Virus record (IMG/VR): IMGVR_UViG_3300048080_000500
Location: 1 to 15,420 of that record
DNA length: 15,420 bases
Source: a virus
Strand: one strand, 5' to 3'
The position numbers and the translations under genes are program-made. Within the stretch, counting starts at the first letter, position 1. Each line of letters opens with the position of its first letter. Below are positions 11,864 to 15,420 of this stretch, piece by piece. The notes under the pieces were generated by a model. That model was not told the origin of the DNA. It ran no database searches and worked only from the letters and a program-made list of their open reading frames with translations.

Positions 11864-13186
11864 ATGCCTGAAGCCCCACTCCCGAAACAACTCCAATCCC
11901 GCGACCGAGAACGCATCACCCGCTACCAAACCCTGCTCGCCTTCTACAACGGCGACCAGTGGCCCGCCAAACGCACCGACCGCCGCCGACAGCTCACCCT
12001 CAACTACGCCCGCACGTTCGCGCACACCGCGACCGCCGCCCTCATGAAGGGGCGCACCGTCACGGTCGAACCCACCGACGACTCCGACGCCGCCACCGAT
12101 CGCGCCGCCGAGACCGAGGTCGCCATCAACCAGGTCTGGCGTCACAACGGCCTCGAGGCGCTCGACTTCGATACCGAACTCGACTGTGCCGTGCTCGGCG
12201 ACGCCGCCTACAAGGTCTGGTGGGACCCGGACGCCCAACAGGTCCGCGTCACCGCCCCCGACCCATCGGGCATCTTCGCCTGGTGGCTCCCAACCGACCC
12301 GTCCCGCTTCTGGCGCATCGCCAACCGCTACGCCCTCGACGGCGACGACGCGGCCGCGCTCTTCCCCGGCCTCACCCTCCTACGACGCAACACCATCATC
12401 GAGGCGTGGACGCTGGACATGTACGAACTCTGGCTGAACGACACGCTCGTCGACGCCCGCCCCAACCCCTACCCCTTCATCCCGTTCGTCATCTTCCCCA
12501 ACGTGCGCGACCCCCAGCAGGTCTGGGGCACGTCCGACCTGCAACCGCTCCTCGACATCCTTCGCGAACTCAACCGCGAAGTGACCCAGCTCTCGTACAT
12601 CATGGAACTCAGCGGCAACCCCATCGCCGTCCTCGAAGGCGTAGACGAAGCGCAGGACATCGCCGTCAAGCCCGGCACCGTCTGGGAGCTACCCAAAGAC
12701 GCCAAGGCGTACCTCCTCGACCTCCTACGCGGAGGCGGCGTCAAGCTACACACCGACTTCTTGCAGGCCCTCTACCGCGGCCTACACGACCTGGCCGAGA
12801 CGCCGCGCTCAGCGTTCGGCGACATCAACCGCGACCTGTCCGGCGTCGCACTCGAACTCGAACTCGACCCGCTCGTCAGGAAGATAGACCGCAAGCGCCT
12901 CATTCGCACCACCGCCTACACCCAGCGCAACGACATGATTCTCGCCCTGCTCGACACCTTCGCCGGCACCAGCTTCGGCCCGACGAACAACACCATCGCC
13001 TGGGGCAGCGTCCTCCCGACCGACCGCGACCGCCAGGTGCAACACGAAACGCTGCTCACCCAAGCAGGCATCCACTCCCGCCGCTTCGCCGCCGACGAAC
13101 TGGGCGACGTCGACGACCCCGACGCCGAGTTCGCCCGCTGGCTCGAAGAACAACGCCAGCTCACCCCACCCACCACACCCCCGTGA
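11864..13186 (+). CDS. Portal protein, 440 aa
   Basis: Its size and its position directly upstream of and overlapping TerL fit. Portal-like blocks are present (…LNYARTF…, …ELDCAVLGDAAYKVWWD…, …NPYPFIPFVIFPN…WGTSDL…LNREV…). Confidence 0.8.
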   Translation: MPEAPLPKQLQSRDRERITRYQTLLAFYNGDQWPAKRTDRRRQLTLNYARTFAHTATAALMKGRTVTVEPTDDSDAATDRAAETEVAINQVWRHNGLEALDFDTELDCAVLGDAAYKVWWDPDAQQVRVTAPDPSGIFAWWLPTDPSRFWRIANRYALDGDDAAALFPGLTLLRRNTIIEAWTLDMYELWLNDTLVDARPNPYPFIPFVIFPNVRDPQQVWGTSDLQPLLDILRELNREVTQLSYIMELSGNPIAVLEGVDEAQDIAVKPGTVWELPKDAKAYLLDLLRGGGVKLHTDFLQALYRGLHDLAETPRSAFGDINRDLSGVALELELDPLVRKIDRKRLIRTTAYTQRNDMILALLDTFAGTSFGPTNNTIAWGSVLPTDRDRQVQHETLLTQAGIHSRRFAADELGDVDDPDAEFARWLEEQRQLTPPTTPP

Positions 13187-14565
13187 CCCGCAACGGCGTC
13201 CACCCCGGCCTCGTCAAGCTGCGGCCATACCAGACCGCCATCGGTCGCGCCATCCTCAACAGCATCACAAACCGCCACGGCCTCACCTTCACCGTCGAGA
13301 TGTCACGCCAGTCCGGCAAGAACGAGCTGTCCGCCCAACTCGAAGCCACGCTCCTGTCCCACTTCGCCCACACCACCTTTGCTGGCGAACCCTTCTCGCT
13401 CATCAAAGCGGCGCCCACGTTCAGCCCCCAGACCCAAATATCGATCCGCCGCCTCAAAGACACGCTCCGCACCGCCAACGTCCCCCACGCCACCGACGCC
13501 GGCCACATCATTCGCATCGGCCACGCCCGGGCCATCTTCCTCAGCGCCGAGCCGAACGCGAACGTCGTCGGCCACACGGCCAACCCGCTCCTCGAGATCG
13601 ACGAGGCCCAAGACATCGACATCGAGAAGTTCGACAAAGAGTTCCGCCCGATGGCCGCGCACTTCAACGCCACCACCGTCCTCTACGGCACCCCCTGGTC
13701 TGAACTCGACCTACTCCACCGCGAACGCCGCGCCGCCCTCGACCTCGAAGCGCACGACAACGTCCACCGGGCATGGGCCGTACCCTGGCCCATCGCCGCC
13801 GCCGAGAACCCCGCCTACCATGCCTTCGTCACCGGCGAACGCTCCCGACTCGGCCCCACCCACCCATCCTTCACCACCCAGTACGACCTCATACCACTCC
13901 CTTCCGCCGGTCGCCTCTTCAGCCCCGACAACCTAGCCCAACTCGCAGGCGACTTCCCCCGGCGCAGAACCCCACCACCCGCAGCCACCATCGCCGCCGG
14001 GCTCGACATCGCAGGCGGCTCCGACGCGGCGCCCGACGCCCACGACCGCACCGTCCTGACGCTCGCCGCCGTCTCGCTCCCATCACCCGCCGACCCCATC
14101 CCTGCTAACCACATCGCCGTCCTTCACCAGGTCGCCTGGCAAGGCGAGCAACACGAACGTCTGCTACCCCAGCTGCTCGACCTCATCAACAACGTCTGGA
14201 AGCCCGCCGCCCTCACCATCGACGCAACCGGCATCGGCGAGACCACAGCCCGCATCCTCACAGCCCGCTCGCCCCGTACCATCGTCAACCCCTACAAGTT
14301 CACCCGCCCCTCCAAGTCCGCCCTCGCCTACGACGTCCTGACCGCCGTCACCACCGGCCGCCTCAAGCTCTACGAACCCGACGGCTCCGACGAATCGACC
14401 ACCTGCTGGAACGAACTACGCGCCGCCCGCGCAGACTACCTACCCGGCCAGCTCATCAACTTCTACGTCGACCCGACCGACGGCCACGACGACTACCTCA
14501 TCTCCCTCTCTCTCGCCGTCCACGCTGCGAACCAGGCCACGCCGCGAATCGCCCGCGGCCGCTAG
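13183..14565 (+). CDS. terL: Terminase large subunit, 460 aa
   Basis: GTG at 13183 overlaps the portal TGA (GTGA). Motifs: Walker A-like SRQSGKNE, Walker B LLEIDEAQD, coupling motif LYGTPW, and RNase-H-like nuclease acidic motifs GLDIAGG, TIDATGIGE, GHDDYLISL. The upstream 408 codons of track ORF 11959..14565 are out-of-frame overlap with the portal gene. Confidence 0.9.
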   Translation: MTRNGVHPGLVKLRPYQTAIGRAILNSITNRHGLTFTVEMSRQSGKNELSAQLEATLLSHFAHTTFAGEPFSLIKAAPTFSPQTQISIRRLKDTLRTANVPHATDAGHIIRIGHARAIFLSAEPNANVVGHTANPLLEIDEAQDIDIEKFDKEFRPMAAHFNATTVLYGTPWSELDLLHRERRAALDLEAHDNVHRAWAVPWPIAAAENPAYHAFVTGERSRLGPTHPSFTTQYDLIPLPSAGRLFSPDNLAQLAGDFPRRRTPPPAATIAAGLDIAGGSDAAPDAHDRTVLTLAAVSLPSPADPIPANHIAVLHQVAWQGEQHERLLPQLLDLINNVWKPAALTIDATGIGETTARILTARSPRTIVNPYKFTRPSKSALAYDVLTAVTTGRLKLYEPDGSDESTTCWNELRAARADYLPGQLINFYVDPTDGHDDYLISLSLAVHAANQATPRIARGR

Positions 14566-14624
14566 CCAACGCCCTACCCCCTCACACCCGCGCACCACGC
14601 CGCCGCCCTTCCACTCGCTCGGCC

Positions 14625-14670
14625 GGCCCGGCCAGCATCTACGACACGGCGCCCTTCGGGTGGCCGGGCC
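14625..14670 (+). terminator. Inverted repeat/stem-loop downstream of terL
   Basis: ggcccggcca (14625-14634) and tggccgggcc (14661-14670) form a perfect 10-bp inverted repeat with a 26-nt loop. The loop contains a nested ccc-ttc-ggg hairpin. It starts 60 nt after the terL stop. No U-tract. Confidence 0.35.
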
Positions 14671-15213
14671 CCCGCCGTCGCTCGCTCACGGGCGCTGCGG
14701 CGCCCGCGTCGGCGTCGTGCGCTCACGCCCACGCGAGGCCAGCGGCGCGTGCGTTCGAGCGGTTACGGCTGCGGCTTCCTCCTCGCACTCCGTCGGCTCA
14801 CGCCGCCGTTCGGCAGGCGCACCACCAGCCCAGCCGCGCACGCTAGCGCCCCGCGTACGACCGCTGCTGCGGCCCCACGGCGGCGCCTACGGCCCCGCAA
14901 CCCGTACAAACGACCGATTCTACCCGCACTCGGTTCGTTTCCCTCATTTCGCGCCTTCTTCAACTCACCCCCCCGCCGCGCGCTTCTCATTTTAGCCCGC
15001 CCGCAAATGGCCTCTGCACGGGTTTCCCGCTGGCTGGGATCACCGGCCCGCCCCTGGCATTATCGCCTTCTTGCGGGCTGCGCCCCTGGTAGGCGGGCCG
15101 GCGCTGCCCCGCCGCGTTTGCCCCGTTGCGGCCAGCCTTGCGGGCGGGCTATGTCCGCCGCGTCCGGCGGGCGGCCTTGGGGCTGTCGGGGCAGGTTCAG
15201 AAAGGGGTCTCAC

Positions 15214-15378
15214 ATGTCTCGCTGTTCCTCTTGCGGCATCCAGGGGTGCATGCTCCTGGCCCGGCCCTGCCGGTGTTGCCTGTCTTGCTGGCAGGCACGG
15301 TACGCCTGTCCGGCGTGTCCGGCACACGGCCTCGGTCCCATCCTCGGTGCGTCGGCAGCGCACCGCCCGGCGGCGTAG
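15214..15378 (+). CDS. Small Cys-rich protein, 54 aa (MSRCSSCGIQGCMLLARPCRCCLSCWQARYACPACP...), possible eight-Cys cross-brace/RING-like Zn binder
   Basis: ATG at 15214 follows gaaagggg (15200-15207) by 6-7 nt. Nine Cys fall in the first 35 residues, including CxxC pairs at both ends. It is the C-terminal part of track ORF 14749..15378, whose upstream part is R/A/P-rich junk. Its stop lies 2 nt before the next ATG (position 88 in circle coordinates). GC3 is only moderate, so coding status is not certain. Confidence 0.45.
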   Translation: MSRCSSCGIQGCMLLARPCRCCLSCWQARYACPACPAHGLGPILGASAAHRPAA

Positions 15379-15420
15379 CCATGGCTCACCACCTCACCTG
15401 TCGTTGTTGCCGCCAGGGCC
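15294..15420 (+). repeat. Terminal direct repeat, copy 2 (identical to 1-127)
   Basis: Same comparison as copy 1. The repeat starts at the ggcacgg of ...gctggcaggcacgg (15294). Confidence 0.97.

Larger units (their letters stand above)
1..15293. mobile_element. Complete, circularly closed ~15.3-kb temperate tailed-phage-like genome (integrase + attP candidate + head, tail-like and lysis modules)
   Basis: Exact 127-bp end overlap. Tyrosine integrase plus a tRNA-Pro 3' fragment. Scaffold-MCP-portal-TerL head module. Large structural ORFs and a PG-binding/M15 endolysin on the opposite strand. Dense coding with ATGA/GTGA start-stop overlaps. Confidence 0.8.

Noticed and set aside
11959-13182. 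N-terminal 408 codons of the 868-aa track ORF
   Set aside because: This stretch is an out-of-frame overlap of the portal gene and is R/P-rich junk. The recognisable terminase sequence begins at GTG 13183, which overlaps the portal stop.
14660-15213. ORFs 14660..14995, 14749..15378 (upstream part), 14763..14990(-) and 15040..15363(-)
   Set aside because: Their translations are Arg/Ala/Pro/Ser-rich, with no RBS and no strand-appropriate codon bias. The region is treated as non-coding, apart from the last 54 codons that follow an RBS.
1-15293. Capsid-forming satellite (cf-PICI-like) interpretation
   Set aside because: The size and the presence of int, capsid, portal and TerL fit this idea. However, the element also carries four large virion/tail-like proteins and its own endolysin, which satellites usually lack. 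It is kept only as an alternative in the findings and is not excluded.
1-15420. CRISPR arrays, diversity-generating retroelement, restriction-modification, toxin-antitoxin or other known defence modules
   Set aside because: No spaced direct-repeat array, reverse transcriptase, methyltransferase/nuclease motif or classic TA gene pair was visible in any frame.

Overview
The window closes on itself. Bases 1-127 are identical to 15294-15420, so the unique sequence is a 15,293-bp circle, or a concatemer-derived or circularly permuted molecule. It is high-GC and almost gap-free in coding.

It reads as a complete, very compact temperate tailed-phage-like genome with three transcription blocks:
- **Plus-strand block, about 7724-14565.** A five-gene translationally coupled operon carries a tyrosine integrase. 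It is followed by two tiny membrane proteins and a head module in the order scaffold, major capsid, Zn-ribbon protein, portal, large terminase.
- **Plus-strand block of small Cys-rich proteins.** It crosses the circular junction, running 15214-15378 and then 88-1073.
- **Minus-strand block, about 7420/7235 down to 1138.** It encodes small proteins, four large virion or tail-like proteins (163, 423, 213 and 660 aa), a 72-aa OB-like protein, and a PG-binding/peptidase-M15 endolysin.

The plus and minus blocks diverge from a roughly 550-bp control region (7236-7792). That region holds a 3' fragment of tRNA-Pro(GGG), the candidate attP core, plus several palindromes. The blocks converge on a hairpin at 1100-1132.

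By eye I found no DNA polymerase, primase, helicase or Rep, no HTH repressor/Cro, no tape-measure protein and no prohead protease.

Other notable signals:
- The + strand is C-rich everywhere, so + genes use C-ending codons and - genes use G-ending codons.
- An AT-rich inverted-repeat and pentamer-repeat island sits inside ORF 7793-8248.
- At least seven small Cys-rich or zinc-ribbon proteins are present.
- A roughly 650-bp non-coding GC-rich region follows the large terminase.

All functional calls rest on motif recognition and synteny. No database search was possible.
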